A DNA stretch of 64,000 nt. It comes from a virus (taxonomy: Duplodnaviria; Caudoviricetes). The DNA lies in the IMG/VR virus record IMGVR_UViG_3300005611_000001; one strand, written 5' to 3'. A model generated the notes under the pieces. That model did no database searches and was not told the DNA's origin. It saw nothing but the letters and a program-made list of their open reading frames with translations. Positions 9,746 to 20,111 of this stretch are shown piece by piece. Each line of letters begins with the position of its first letter. Within the stretch, counting starts at the first letter, position 1. Made by a program: the position numbers and the translations under genes.

Positions 9746-10479
9746 AAATTTTAGTTGATCCACAATATAATCCAGAGCTCCAGCCTCAGATCACTTCTGC
9801 GACTAAACTAGGTCCTGGTATTACATGTGCAAAGTTTCTGGGCGCGCGGGGCTCAAGAACACAGTTCGAAAAGCTGTACGCTCCTGGTTTTTTTGGTGCT
9901 GCGGATCGTAAGCAAATTGCTCGCAATTTAGTTCTGCATGCAAATGCCATGCAAACAATCATTGGCAATCCATCGTTTTATCAGCATCGTCTTGTAGTCT
10001 CTGAAGGTATCTACGAGCCAAATCCTAGTTTTGAGACACAAGAAATTCCAGCTGGTAGTGAGATTGCCGCACGAGCGCTAGCGAAAGCAAATTCTGGTGG
10101 ATCGTACGGTAATGGACCAGATGGGTGGGTTGCAAAGATTCCATTGTATGCTGGTGAGCGCCCAACACCTGGCGGTGTTAATGATTTACGTCGAACAGGC
10201 AGAGCAATCGTCTATCAGTTAATCAACAAAGACGGTAATACTGATCCAAGAACATCGTTTGATCTTGCATTGTTTTGGAAAGATTATATCGACTATGACA
10301 AGTTGACTCTTGACTACGACACTCTTGATCCAAACGGTGATTTGACTTGTCAAATCGTTCTTGAAATGCCAGAAGTTCCACCTTCGTTTGAAGTTTCTTT
10401 TGCATACAATATAGAGACGACATACAATGGTGAGCTTCAGGCGAAGAATGAAATCTTAGAAATTCTTCCCGACGATTGA
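9742..10479 (+). CDS. Hypothetical baseplate-associated protein, possibly a degenerate peptidase M15 fold
   Basis: Translationally coupled to gp5C. TKLGPGITCAKF, ARNL, LVVSEGIY and TGRAIVY loosely follow M15A spacing without the Zn ligands. Confidence 0.45.
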   Translation: MKILVDPQYNPELQPQITSATKLGPGITCAKFLGARGSRTQFEKLYAPGFFGAADRKQIARNLVLHANAMQTIIGNPSFYQHRLVVSEGIYEPNPSFETQEIPAGSEIAARALAKANSGGSYGNGPDGWVAKIPLYAGERPTPGGVNDLRRTGRAIVYQLINKDGNTDPRTSFDLALFWKDYIDYDKLTLDYDTLDPNGDLTCQIVLEMPEVPPSFEVSFAYNIETTYNGELQAKNEILEILPDD

Positions 10480-10487
10480 TATAAATA
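10480..10487 (+). promoter_or_regulatory. T4-type late promoter for gp25-gp6
   Basis: Exact TATAAATA 23 nt upstream of the gp25 ATG. Confidence 0.8.
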
Positions 10488-10509
10488 AAAAGAAAAGGTT
10501 TTCACACCT

Positions 10510-11265
10510 ATGTCAAAGATTTTTTCTACAGAAGATGGCAATCTTAGTTCAAGTATTCGCGTCGTAAAAGAGCGCGAGTACTCTGATATTGATTTGTCTC
10601 TCGGCGCAAGAACATCGACCGATGGTGATGTTTTTCGAAAGACGGATGCTGCTTCTGTAAAACAGGCTGTTAAAAATCTGATAATGACCAATAGGTTCGA
10701 AAAACCATATCGCCCTAATTATGGTGCGAATCTTGGCGGTATGTTGTTCGAATTGATGAGTGAAGATGTTGGCGAAGAAATTATAGACAACATTAAAAAG
10801 ACAATACAAAGATATGAACCTAGGGCAAAAGTTTTAAACATAAAAGTAACAGCAACGCCTGACTATAACTCTGTTACAGCAACAATAGAATTTAGAATTG
10901 TAAATACAAATCTTGTCGAATCATTAAAAGTTTCTCTGAACCCGATTTCAGAAGCTGTTATTCCTGTTCTGCCTCTTGACACTTCAGACATTGTTATCTA
11001 CGACAATATTATTCGTGCAGAAAATGATAACAGACTTGCAACATATTTGGGCGATCTTCTTCGTCGCGACTTGTTGATTCCGTCTGTTGATGCGTTATTG
11101 ACAGATCCAGATTCTGATATGATACATGCATTGTTTAATGGTTTTGTTGAAGGGGTGTTGTTAATCGATTCGGCAACGCTAGAAGGTATTCTTACTGTAC
11201 CAAACGAAGATCAGATATTCTTGCAAAATGGTGCTGATTTTATCATACCACAGCAATCAATTTAA
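10510..11265 (+). CDS. gp25: Baseplate wedge subunit gp25 with C-terminal extension
   Basis: YSDIDLS...SVKQAVKNLIMTNRFEKPYRPNYGANL...IQRYEPRAKV. About 110 extra residues follow. Confidence 0.9.
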   Translation: MSKIFSTEDGNLSSSIRVVKEREYSDIDLSLGARTSTDGDVFRKTDAASVKQAVKNLIMTNRFEKPYRPNYGANLGGMLFELMSEDVGEEIIDNIKKTIQRYEPRAKVLNIKVTATPDYNSVTATIEFRIVNTNLVESLKVSLNPISEAVIPVLPLDTSDIVIYDNIIRAENDNRLATYLGDLLRRDLLIPSVDALLTDPDSDMIHALFNGFVEGVLLIDSATLEGILTVPNEDQIFLQNGADFIIPQQSI

Positions 11266-11277
11266 TCGGAGTAAAAA

Positions 11278-13065
11278 ATGGCAACCACCATTAAGTCAAC
11301 AGAACTAGACTTTAATACAATCAAGAACAATTTGAAACTGTTCTTATCTCAGAAGCCTGAGTTCGCCGACTATAACTTTGAAGCATCTGGTCTGTCGAAT
11401 CTATTAGATGTCCTAGCGTACAACACTCACTACAATGCTTTGCTTGCTAATTTTGCATTGAACGAGTCTTTTCTCAGCACAGCACAGCTAAGATCGTCGC
11501 TTGTTGGGCTTGCAGGAAGTCTAGGTTATAATGTTGGTTCTAGAAAAGCTTCTTTTGCAGTGGTAAATTTAAGCGTAACAAATCCAAGCAATCCTTCTAG
11601 TATGACAATGCCTGCAGGAACAACATTTACGACTACAATCAATAACAAGAGCTATACTTTTCAAACAAGAGATTCTTTGAGAGCGACTAACGATGGGTCG
11701 AATGTTTATAACTTCACGCTAGGTGGCAATAGAAACATTCCAATTTATGAAGGTGTTTCAAAAACAAAAACGTTCATTGCAGGTCCTACAAACGAAAATG
11801 ATACTTATGTAATACCAGTAACAAATCTTGATCTTGACACCGTGGTCGTTAAAGTTTACACCAGTCTTACGTCAAACAACTATTTACTGTACACAAACAT
11901 CATCGATGCTACAACCATCGATCAAACGTCAAGAATCTATGTAATGAAAGAATCGCCAAACGGCTATTACGAATTGACATTTGGTAACGGTGTGCGTTTA
12001 GGGCAAAGCCCATCTGCGGGTGATAAAATAGAAGTGACTTACACAACAGTGGCAGGTCCTGAAGCGAACGGTGGGCGAACTTTCACACCGACAGGAACAC
12101 TTGACGGCAGAACAATCAATGTAACAACTACGTCTGTTTCGACTAACGGCTCGTACAAAGAAGAAATTGAATCGATTCGAAAGAACGCTCCTTTCCAGTG
12201 GGCTGCACAGAATCGAATGGTGACAGCAGAAGACTATGCAGCACTGACTCTTCGTAATTTTTCGAATGTAATCAATGATATCAAAACTTGGGGTGGAGAA
12301 GAACACACCACACCAAAATATGGTACCGTCTTTATGTCGATAGTTTTTGACACTGATGATACAACAGTAATTGAGAATACAAAAAGTTCAATTACGACTT
12401 TAGGCAAAGATTTGTCTGTCGCTTCGTTTAATATCGAATTTGTCGATCCTGTCGAAACATATCTTGAAGTTTCTACTGTTTTCCAATTCAATCCAAATCT
12501 TTCTTCTCTTTCACAGACAGCGATTGAAGACGCAGTAAAACTTACAATGCAAACATATTTCGACACAAACGTTGGTGGATTTAATCAGTCTTTCCGTCGC
12601 TCAAGATTGTTAACGGACATCGATGCAACAGACGATGCGATTTTATCAAGCCGTGCTGATATCAAAATGCAAAATAGATTTGTTCCCAATGCTTTAGCAC
12701 CTCTGCAGACTATCTATTTCCCAGCAGCAATTTCTGCGCCTGATGATGTCAATAGAATTATTGAATCAGAGACGTTCTTCTATAACGGTAAAGTCTGCAA
12801 TCTTAAAAATAAGTTAGAAAGTGATGTGTTGCAAGTCATTGAAGTTGCTACCGGTTTGCCTTTGGTTGATAATGTAGGAACTTATTCTGCGACAGACGGC
12901 ACGCTAAGTCTTGTGAACTTTACCGGCACTTTAATTTCTGGTAATCATTTTAAAATCACTGCAATTCCAGCGAACCAATCTGTGATCAACCCTCTGAGAA
13001 ATAATATTCTTACTTATGATGCTCAAGCCTCTAGAGCAAGAGCCGTTCTCACAGATACTGTATAA
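11278..13065 (+). CDS. gp6: Baseplate wedge subunit gp6
   Basis: ELDFNTIKNNLKLFL...DYNFEASGLSNLLDVLAYNTHYNA...ESFLSTAQLRSS...AQNRMVTAEDY. Confidence 0.95.
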   Translation: MATTIKSTELDFNTIKNNLKLFLSQKPEFADYNFEASGLSNLLDVLAYNTHYNALLANFALNESFLSTAQLRSSLVGLAGSLGYNVGSRKASFAVVNLSVTNPSNPSSMTMPAGTTFTTTINNKSYTFQTRDSLRATNDGSNVYNFTLGGNRNIPIYEGVSKTKTFIAGPTNENDTYVIPVTNLDLDTVVVKVYTSLTSNNYLLYTNIIDATTIDQTSRIYVMKESPNGYYELTFGNGVRLGQSPSAGDKIEVTYTTVAGPEANGGRTFTPTGTLDGRTINVTTTSVSTNGSYKEEIESIRKNAPFQWAAQNRMVTAEDYAALTLRNFSNVINDIKTWGGEEHTTPKYGTVFMSIVFDTDDTTVIENTKSSITTLGKDLSVASFNIEFVDPVETYLEVSTVFQFNPNLSSLSQTAIEDAVKLTMQTYFDTNVGGFNQSFRRSRLLTDIDATDDAILSSRADIKMQNRFVPNALAPLQTIYFPAAISAPDDVNRIIESETFFYNGKVCNLKNKLESDVLQVIEVATGLPLVDNVGTYSATDGTLSLVNFTGTLISGNHFKITAIPANQSVINPLRNNILTYDAQASRARAVLTDTV

Positions 13066-13068
13066 ATA
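13061..13068 (+). promoter_or_regulatory. T4-type late promoter for gp8
   Basis: Exact TATAAATA overlapping the gp6 stop codon. Confidence 0.8.
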
Positions 13069-13095
13069 AGATAACTTCAGATAGAGAATTAAACC

Positions 13096-14451
13096 ATGAC
13101 AGCATCCGTTACAAATAGCTTAAGATCATATCTGTTGAATCTTTTTAAAAAAGATATCGACAGTGATGGGATTGGTTATTACATTGGTATTTCTAAATCA
13201 GAACCTATCACTGCAGAAGATGCAATTACAACGGCAACGGTTGCTTCTATAAACAATCAAACAAAATTTCGTCACACTCTACAATCTGTAAAAGTTTTGA
13301 GTAATGCTTCGTTTGTTGTTCCCACAGTTACTTGGGAAGCTGACGCTGTTTATGAAGCATACGACAATAACAATCCTTTTCAAACAGATTTCTATGTGGT
13401 GAATTCTCTTCGTGAAGTTTTTCTTTGTGTCGAACAGGGAAAAAGACCAGATGGAAGCGCACAGCCTGCGTTTTCAGAGCCAGTAGCAGTAGCAGCAAGC
13501 GGGCAAGCAAAGACATTTAGAACTTCTGATGATTATCTTTGGAAGTACATGTATAAGATGAGCAATCTTGCTTATGGAACTTTTAGAACAGCCTCGTTCA
13601 CGCCAGTAAAAAGAATTACAAATCTCAGCACAACAATTCCAGAAGAAATTGAACAAATTCGACTTCAAGACAGTTCTGTCGGTGGAGAAATTCTAAACAT
13701 TGCAATTGACAGTGGCGGCAGAAATTATACTAATGCTACAGTCACCATTGACGGAAATGGAACAAACGCACAATTTGTTGCTGACATTGTAGATAATCGT
13801 ATCGTAAATATTCGATGCGATTCAAATGGCTTTGGTGGTTATTTGCACGGCTCTGGTTATGATTATGCTAAAGTTACTGTTACTGATCCTGGCGGTGGTG
13901 CTGGTGCTAAACTCAGAGCAGTCATTTCACCCAAGCTTGGCGTGACTTACGATCCTGCTGAGACTTTAAAGTCAAGACAATTGATGTTGCAAACTGATTT
14001 TATTGGCAATGAAAACGCATCTATTGTCACAGGCGACACTGAATTCTATCAAGTGGGTATTATTCAAGGGCTTCAAAAATTTGGTGTAGATTCTGCTTTT
14101 GTAGGTAATACAGCAAGCGCATTAAAAAGAATGGAACTTACTACTGTTCTAGGCTCTTGGTTCGATGATGGGCTGTTTACAAATGCTCTAGAAACAGTTA
14201 CAGCAAAGATTTTTCATCTTGACGCAAGCACACTTTATTATTATCAAGACGAAGAAACTGGATTTGGTTCTTTCACGGTCGGCGAAGAGCTTGTCAATCC
14301 AGAAGGCGGTACTGCAGAAATTGTTACTTTAACAAATCCTACAGTTGATGCTTATTCTGGTGATATTCTATACATAAATACACTTGACACTGCGATCACT
14401 CGCGAAAACGCTCAAACCGAAGACATTCGAATAGTTATTCAGTTAGGATAA
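13096..14451 (+). CDS. gp8: Baseplate wedge subunit gp8
   Basis: FYVVNSLREVFLC...TSDDYLWKYMYKM...ITRENAQTEDIRIVIQL matches marine T4-like gp8. Confidence 0.88.
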   Translation: MTASVTNSLRSYLLNLFKKDIDSDGIGYYIGISKSEPITAEDAITTATVASINNQTKFRHTLQSVKVLSNASFVVPTVTWEADAVYEAYDNNNPFQTDFYVVNSLREVFLCVEQGKRPDGSAQPAFSEPVAVAASGQAKTFRTSDDYLWKYMYKMSNLAYGTFRTASFTPVKRITNLSTTIPEEIEQIRLQDSSVGGEILNIAIDSGGRNYTNATVTIDGNGTNAQFVADIVDNRIVNIRCDSNGFGGYLHGSGYDYAKVTVTDPGGGAGAKLRAVISPKLGVTYDPAETLKSRQLMLQTDFIGNENASIVTGDTEFYQVGIIQGLQKFGVDSAFVGNTASALKRMELTTVLGSWFDDGLFTNALETVTAKIFHLDASTLYYYQDEETGFGSFTVGEELVNPEGGTAEIVTLTNPTVDAYSGDILYINTLDTAITRENAQTEDIRIVIQLG

Positions 14452-14454
14452 AAC

Positions 14455-17400
14455 ATGGCGACACAATTTACTTCTAGTACGTTATCTGGCATTTATAATG
14501 ACGATTGGTCAGAAGCAGATAACTATCACCAGATTCTATTCAATAATGGAAGAGCGCTTCAAGCACGAGAGTTGACGCAGCTTCAGACCATAATTTTCAA
14601 TGAGCTTGGTCGTCTTGGAAAAAACATTTTCAAAGAAGGTGCGACGCTTTCTGCTGGCGGCATTGCAGTAAACGCAGACTATGAGTATATCAAAGTTTCT
14701 GCGACAAATGCTGGTGGTGCTTTTGCGAGTATTCCTGTAGGTACAGTTTTTAAGAATCCTAATACAAACGTTGAAGCAAGAGTATTAGAAGTCAAGCCTC
14801 GTGATGGCGTCAACTTCATTCTTGATACTCTTTATGTTCAGTATATTAACAGTGGTGCTAGCGCAATTGGTTCGACTCCGACTAGATTTGGAGACGGTGA
14901 TGTTCTGTTTGATCAGTCTGGCGGTGGTTATCAGATTACAACAGAAACACCAAATGCTACAGGAAAAGGCGTAAGATTTACAGTAGGCGAAGGCGACTTC
15001 TTTATCATGGGTCACTTCGTTCACACACAAGAACAATCGCTTATTCTTTCGCCGTACACTGAAATTGCAAATGCAACTGTTGGTTTTAAAGTAATTCAAG
15101 AAGTTGTTACTGTCAACGATAACAGCGCACTTTTCGACAATGCTAGCGGTATTGTAAATACAGCGTCACCTGGCGCTGATCGATATCGCATCAGTCTTGT
15201 ACTCACAACACAAGATCAAATTGCTTCGGACGAAACCTTTGTTTTTATTGCAACGGTTGAAAATTCTAAAGTTACAGAAGAAATTGAAGAGAATGATGCA
15301 TATAACAAGATTGAAGAATTTGTTGCTCTAAGAACAAAAGAAGAATCTGGAAATTATGTAGTCAATCCTTTTGTCATCAACGTTCAAGATGCAGTAGTTG
15401 GTGACTCTAGCCTTGAGCTTGTGGTGTCTCCTGGGCTTGCGTATATCAACGGATATAGAATAAGCAAGTCTTCGTCTACAAAACTTAATATCCCTCGTCC
15501 ACAGCAAACAGAGACCGTTGCCAACGATGTTGTGCCCATTGTCTATGGAAATTATTTCATTTCTGATAGCAATAGAGGTCTTCCAAATCTTGACGCAACA
15601 CAAGTAAACGTGTATAATGCTTTTGGTGCCGGCGGCTCAGCTATAGGAACTGCTAGAATACGCGCAGTTCAAAAAGATGGTGCTAATCATCGTGTGTATG
15701 TGTTCGATATTAGCGTCGATTCTGATCAAAGCTTGCGTGATGCAAAGAGCATTGGTACAGGCGCAACAGACATCTTCAATCTCGTTCGCGAAGCTGACGG
15801 TGCTAAACTTTATGGGGTGACAGACAATGATCTTCTGTTCCCAACTTCACGCCCTCGCCCTGAATCTTTTGCTGATGTCATTCTAACAAAACAAATTCAT
15901 GAAGGTAGCCTTGTCGCTGACGGTAGCGGAATCATTACTCTGCAAACTCTTTCTTCTGGGCAAGCTTATACAGACACAACTCTTTGGGTTGTTGCTTCTG
16001 CTGATTCTTCTGCAAGGGCTCACACTGTAGGCGCACCCACGAACAGTGGGCGTGACGTTCAAATTTCTGGCCTTGTTGCAGGTAAAACTTACGAGGTTCT
16101 CTCGTATGTTCAAAAGACTGCTACAAGAAAGGCAAAGACACTCACCACAGCAACTGCAACTCTTCCGAAGCAAACTGACACTGTTAATAACATCACTTAC
16201 TACGAATTTACAGTGCCTGATATCTTCGAAGTTGATTCTGCGAAAGCGAATAGCTCGTCAGGCATCAACATGCTTCCAAGTCTTCTTCTTGATGACGGTC
16301 AGCGCGATAACTTCTATGCGAAGGGTCGTCTGATTATGAATCCTGCGGACAGCGCGCCGCCTAATCTTTTTGTTAATTATCGTTACTTTGCGCGTGGCGC
16401 TGGTGGCGATTTCTTTGATGCAACTTCTTATGGTAATGTGCCTGTTGCATACAAAGACATTCCTAATCATGTGCAAAAAGACGGTACGATTGTAAATCTG
16501 CGCAATTATCTGGATTTCAGACCTGACGAAACTTCGTTTGGCTCAGCGTCTGCCATTTTCGATCTGCCAAGAAATGGTGATAATATCACTGCAGATGTTA
16601 GCTATTATCTACCTCGTGCTGACAAGCTTCTTCTGACACAAGAAGGTGAATTCCAAATTCTGTTGGGGCAGCAAGCTGGTAATCCTCAGTATAAGCCAAC
16701 ACCTGATAATGCTCTTGAAGTCTACAAAATTCTATTAAATGCAAACACTCTTGATGAGAATGACCTCAAAGTTACGCCTGTTGAGCATAAGCATTACACG
16801 ATGGCAGATATTGCCAAGATTGAAGCCAAGCTTGATGATCTTGAAGAGTATACAACACTCAGTCTGCTTGAGCTTGAGCAGAAGCTGAATGCTGCGCTTG
16901 ACAGTGATGGCATTGAGCGTGTTGAAAGTGGTTCACAAGTCGACGACTTTAGTGATCAGACTGGTGCTGATACAAAGAATCCTGACTATGCGGCTGCAAT
17001 CGATCCGGAAAGTAAACTCATTCGCCCAATGATTGACGAAGACAACATTCGTCTCATCATTGACAATACGCTTTCTTCAAATATTCTTAAGAAAGGCGAC
17101 AATGTTTACATCAACTACGACTCTGCTGAGTGGGCAGTGCAGTCTCTTGCTTCTCGCTCTGTTAAGATCAATCCGTTTGGTCTTGTCGACAACGTTGGTA
17201 CGATCAAGCTTTCGCCGACATCTGACGAATGGAAAGAGTCCGTTCAAGAAGCAGAGAAAGCAGTATCAGGTTCGGGAAGACTAGATCGTAAACAAGCGCT
17301 TCTTTGGAACAACTGGTCTTGGAACTGGTTTGGGCGTAGTCTAGAAAATATTGAGTTTGACTATGCACAAATTCGTTCGCCTAATCCAAGAATTCGTCAA

Positions 17401-19845
17401 CGCGCATTGCTAGACTTGCGTGAGCAATATTCTTCTAGCTATACACTTCAGAAGAGAGAAAATTCTAATAGCGGTCGCTTCGTATCTCGTGTTGCGCCTT
17501 CTGATACACTTCGTCAGACAATTGGTAAGCGCATTGTTGACCTTGCTCTGATCCCATGGATTCGTTCTAGAAAGATTTATTTCCATGCGAAGGGGCTTAA
17601 GCCTAACACCAGATTTACACCATTCTTTGATGGTGAGAAAGTGACGCAATGGTGTCGTCAAGAAGTGACCTTTGTTCAGTATTCTGATCGCACAGACGAT
17701 GCTGGTAACCAACGTACACACCAAGCAATCACTGCACACCCAAGTGGATCTACCAGCCTTATCTCTGATGAGAACGGTGAGATCATTGGTTCTTTCTTTG
17801 TGCCTAACATTCGCCCTCAGTATTATCTGCCTAAAATCAATCAGAGCGCAAGATTAAAAGCACAAAACGAACGTTATCGTTCCGGTATTCGCGAATTCAA
17901 ACTGCTTGATATTGATACAAACGATTGGGCTGCTGCAGGTAGTAAAGCATTTACTTATTACTCTGCGAGCGGTACTGTCTGGAATCAAATTACTAATTTG
18001 AATTCAACTCGCCCAAGTGAGTACAATTGGCCGATTCCTTATTGGGCGAACTTCCCGCAGTCTTTCAGTTCTAAAGAACTACAAAACTATGTAAATCAGG
18101 TTCGCGAAGCTGAAGTTAAGCTGGTCGATCCTAAACTATCTGGTAAGTATGGTCCTGGCGCTGGTGCTCTGTCTGTTGCTGCTCTTCGCGGGCTTGACAA
18201 CACTGGGCAAATGTCGCAAGTTCTTTCTGACTATATCGACGTAGATCAGAATCAGTTTGCGTCTAATATTGTTTCGACAATGACTGCGCCTCAGAATCCA
18301 ATGGCACAGACTTTCTATGTCGACAATCAATTTGGTGTTGTGTTGACGAGTGTGCAGTTGTATTTCAGAACGAAGGACACTGGTAATCTTCCTGTTTCAA
18401 TTCATCTGCGCCCCGTAGTAAATGGTCGCCCGTCGAATCACGAGATAATTCCAGATTCTCATGTGTATTTGAATCCTGGCCAAGTAACAGCAATTGGTAC
18501 TAATCCAACTCTATCGGTGATTCAAGAAAGACCTACTACATTCACCTTTACTGAGCCTGTCTATCTTGATCCATGGACTCACTACGCAATTGTTGTGAGT
18601 TCACAATCTACTGAGTATGAGCTATTCAGCGCGAAGACTCAAGAGCCTGTGTTCGGTTCTACGTCTAGAATCGTTACAACTCAGCCTGCACCTGGATCAC
18701 TCTTCTTGCCTCAGAATGGTATGTTCTGGGTTGAGACTAAAGACCAAGACCTTATGTTCAAGTTGAAGCGCGCAAGCTTTGATCTTGGCGGCGCGAGTTT
18801 GATTCTTAAGAATGCAAACTTACCTGCTAAACTTCTGAACAGCAACCCTCTGCAGACATACAGTGGCACTAGAAAAGTTTATGTGCACCAAATGTGTCAC
18901 GGGCTTGAGCCTGGCGATTTAGCGTTTATCGACAGCGCAGAGAATATTGCTGGAATTACAGCGTCAACTTATCTCAACGGCAGTCATGTAGTTGATTCTG
19001 CTGACATTCATGGATTCACTTTCAGATATGATTCTGTCGGACCAGTTGCCAACAGTTCTTCAATTGGTGGCGGTGACAAGGTGCTTTCTCGTAGAAATGT
19101 AATCTTTAATGTGACCAACCCTTACATTGAGACTGTGATTCCTAACAATACTTCTATTGATGTTTCTGCTAAATTTACTGAAGGCAAAAACATTTCTAGT
19201 ACAAGAATCACTGCTTCAGGTCGTTGGACACAAGACGAAGAATATTCGCGTGTGACTCCAAGACAGAATGTCGAGTTTGCAACACCAAAAGCAATTTACA
19301 ATGTTGCTGCTGAAACATTAAATCTTGGTGCAGGCGTTGCTTCGGCTTATGTCAAAGTGGACCTAAAGACAGCAAACAACTATGTTTCTCCTGTTGTTGA
19401 TCTGCAAAGAGCATCACTTGTTCTTGTTGGTTTCTGTCAAGACAACCCTGATGTCACACCACACATCAATCCAGTCGCTGAAACTCAACCATCGGGTGGT
19501 ACAACTGGATCGAAACACATCACTGCGCCTGTGTTCCTCGATCAAGATGCTGTTGGTATTGAAGCACGAGCGCTCGTGAACATCCCTGACGCTGCTGATA
19601 TTGTAATGTATTATCGCACAGCGTCTGCGGATGAAAACATCTATGAAAAGTATTGGAAAGTTCAATCTCCTGTAGATGACATTCCTTTTGATAATAGCAT
19701 AAGATATCGTGACGCACAATGGCTTGCTGGCGGAAAAGGTGGTACTTTGAAACCATTCAATCAAGTGCAGGTTAAATTCGTGCTTAAAGGTGCTGATGCT
19801 GCACCTTCAATGAGAAATTTGAGACTTCGTTATCTGGCGGTGTAA
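14455..19845 (+). CDS. Large baseplate/virion structural protein (VrlC-like, DUF4815 family)
   Basis: YNDDW...YHQILFNNGRALQARELTQLQ, APGADRY, YYLPRADK, PMAQTFYV and QDLMFKLKRASF are typical of this family, which follows gp8. Confidence 0.8.
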   Translation: MATQFTSSTLSGIYNDDWSEADNYHQILFNNGRALQARELTQLQTIIFNELGRLGKNIFKEGATLSAGGIAVNADYEYIKVSATNAGGAFASIPVGTVFKNPNTNVEARVLEVKPRDGVNFILDTLYVQYINSGASAIGSTPTRFGDGDVLFDQSGGGYQITTETPNATGKGVRFTVGEGDFFIMGHFVHTQEQSLILSPYTEIANATVGFKVIQEVVTVNDNSALFDNASGIVNTASPGADRYRISLVLTTQDQIASDETFVFIATVENSKVTEEIEENDAYNKIEEFVALRTKEESGNYVVNPFVINVQDAVVGDSSLELVVSPGLAYINGYRISKSSSTKLNIPRPQQTETVANDVVPIVYGNYFISDSNRGLPNLDATQVNVYNAFGAGGSAIGTARIRAVQKDGANHRVYVFDISVDSDQSLRDAKSIGTGATDIFNLVREADGAKLYGVTDNDLLFPTSRPRPESFADVILTKQIHEGSLVADGSGIITLQTLSSGQAYTDTTLWVVASADSSARAHTVGAPTNSGRDVQISGLVAGKTYEVLSYVQKTATRKAKTLTTATATLPKQTDTVNNITYYEFTVPDIFEVDSAKANSSSGINMLPSLLLDDGQRDNFYAKGRLIMNPADSAPPNLFVNYRYFARGAGGDFFDATSYGNVPVAYKDIPNHVQKDGTIVNLRNYLDFRPDETSFGSASAIFDLPRNGDNITADVSYYLPRADKLLLTQEGEFQILLGQQAGNPQYKPTPDNALEVYKILLNANTLDENDLKVTPVEHKHYTMADIAKIEAKLDDLEEYTTLSLLELEQKLNAALDSDGIERVESGSQVDDFSDQTGADTKNPDYAAAIDPESKLIRPMIDEDNIRLIIDNTLSSNILKKGDNVYINYDSAEWAVQSLASRSVKINPFGLVDNVGTIKLSPTSDEWKESVQEAEKAVSGSGRLDRKQALLWNNWSWNWFGRSLENIEFDYAQIRSPNPRIRQRALLDLREQYSSSYTLQKRENSNSGRFVSRVAPSDTLRQTIGKRIVDLALIPWIRSRKIYFHAKGLKPNTRFTPFFDGEKVTQWCRQEVTFVQYSDRTDDAGNQRTHQAITAHPSGSTSLISDENGEIIGSFFVPNIRPQYYLPKINQSARLKAQNERYRSGIREFKLLDIDTNDWAAAGSKAFTYYSASGTVWNQITNLNSTRPSEYNWPIPYWANFPQSFSSKELQNYVNQVREAEVKLVDPKLSGKYGPGAGALSVAALRGLDNTGQMSQVLSDYIDVDQNQFASNIVSTMTAPQNPMAQTFYVDNQFGVVLTSVQLYFRTKDTGNLPVSIHLRPVVNGRPSNHEIIPDSHVYLNPGQVTAIGTNPTLSVIQERPTTFTFTEPVYLDPWTHYAIVVSSQSTEYELFSAKTQEPVFGSTSRIVTTQPAPGSLFLPQNGMFWVETKDQDLMFKLKRASFDLGGASLILKNANLPAKLLNSNPLQTYSGTRKVYVHQMCHGLEPGDLAFIDSAENIAGITASTYLNGSHVVDSADIHGFTFRYDSVGPVANSSSIGGGDKVLSRRNVIFNVTNPYIETVIPNNTSIDVSAKFTEGKNISSTRITASGRWTQDEEYSRVTPRQNVEFATPKAIYNVAAETLNLGAGVASAYVKVDLKTANNYVSPVVDLQRASLVLVGFCQDNPDVTPHINPVAETQPSGGTTGSKHITAPVFLDQDAVGIEARALVNIPDAADIVMYYRTASADENIYEKYWKVQSPVDDIPFDNSIRYRDAQWLAGGKGGTLKPFNQVQVKFVLKGADAAPSMRNLRLRYLAV

Positions 19846-20076
19846 ATGTCTAAATATGTACCAGTGAAAGGCTACTCTGGCTTAGTTCGTGATACAGAAA
19901 CAAATGCACTCATAAATACTAGTGTTTCTGAGATCGAACAAGCCAGAGAGCGAAAAAAACTAAAACAACAAAAACGACAACAAGAGAACGCATTAAGTTT
20001 AAAAGTCGAGCAAATAGAAAATGATGTTTGTGAAATAAAAAATATGCTCAAGACTTTGCTTGAAAAAAACTTATAA
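19846..20076 (+). CDS. Small conserved coiled-coil protein
   Basis: VKGYSGLVRDTETNALINT followed by a coiled coil (VEQIENDVCEIKNMLKTLL), immediately after the VrlC-like gene. Confidence 0.7.
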   Translation: MSKYVPVKGYSGLVRDTETNALINTSVSEIEQARERKKLKQQKRQQENALSLKVEQIENDVCEIKNMLKTLLEKNL

Positions 20077-20079
20077 ATA
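20072..20079 (+). promoter_or_regulatory. T4-type late promoter for the giant repeat gene
   Basis: Exact TATAAATA 33 nt upstream of the ATG at 20112. Confidence 0.8.
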
Positions 20080-20111
20080 GATTACACCAGTCCTGATTTG
20101 TAGAGATTTTA

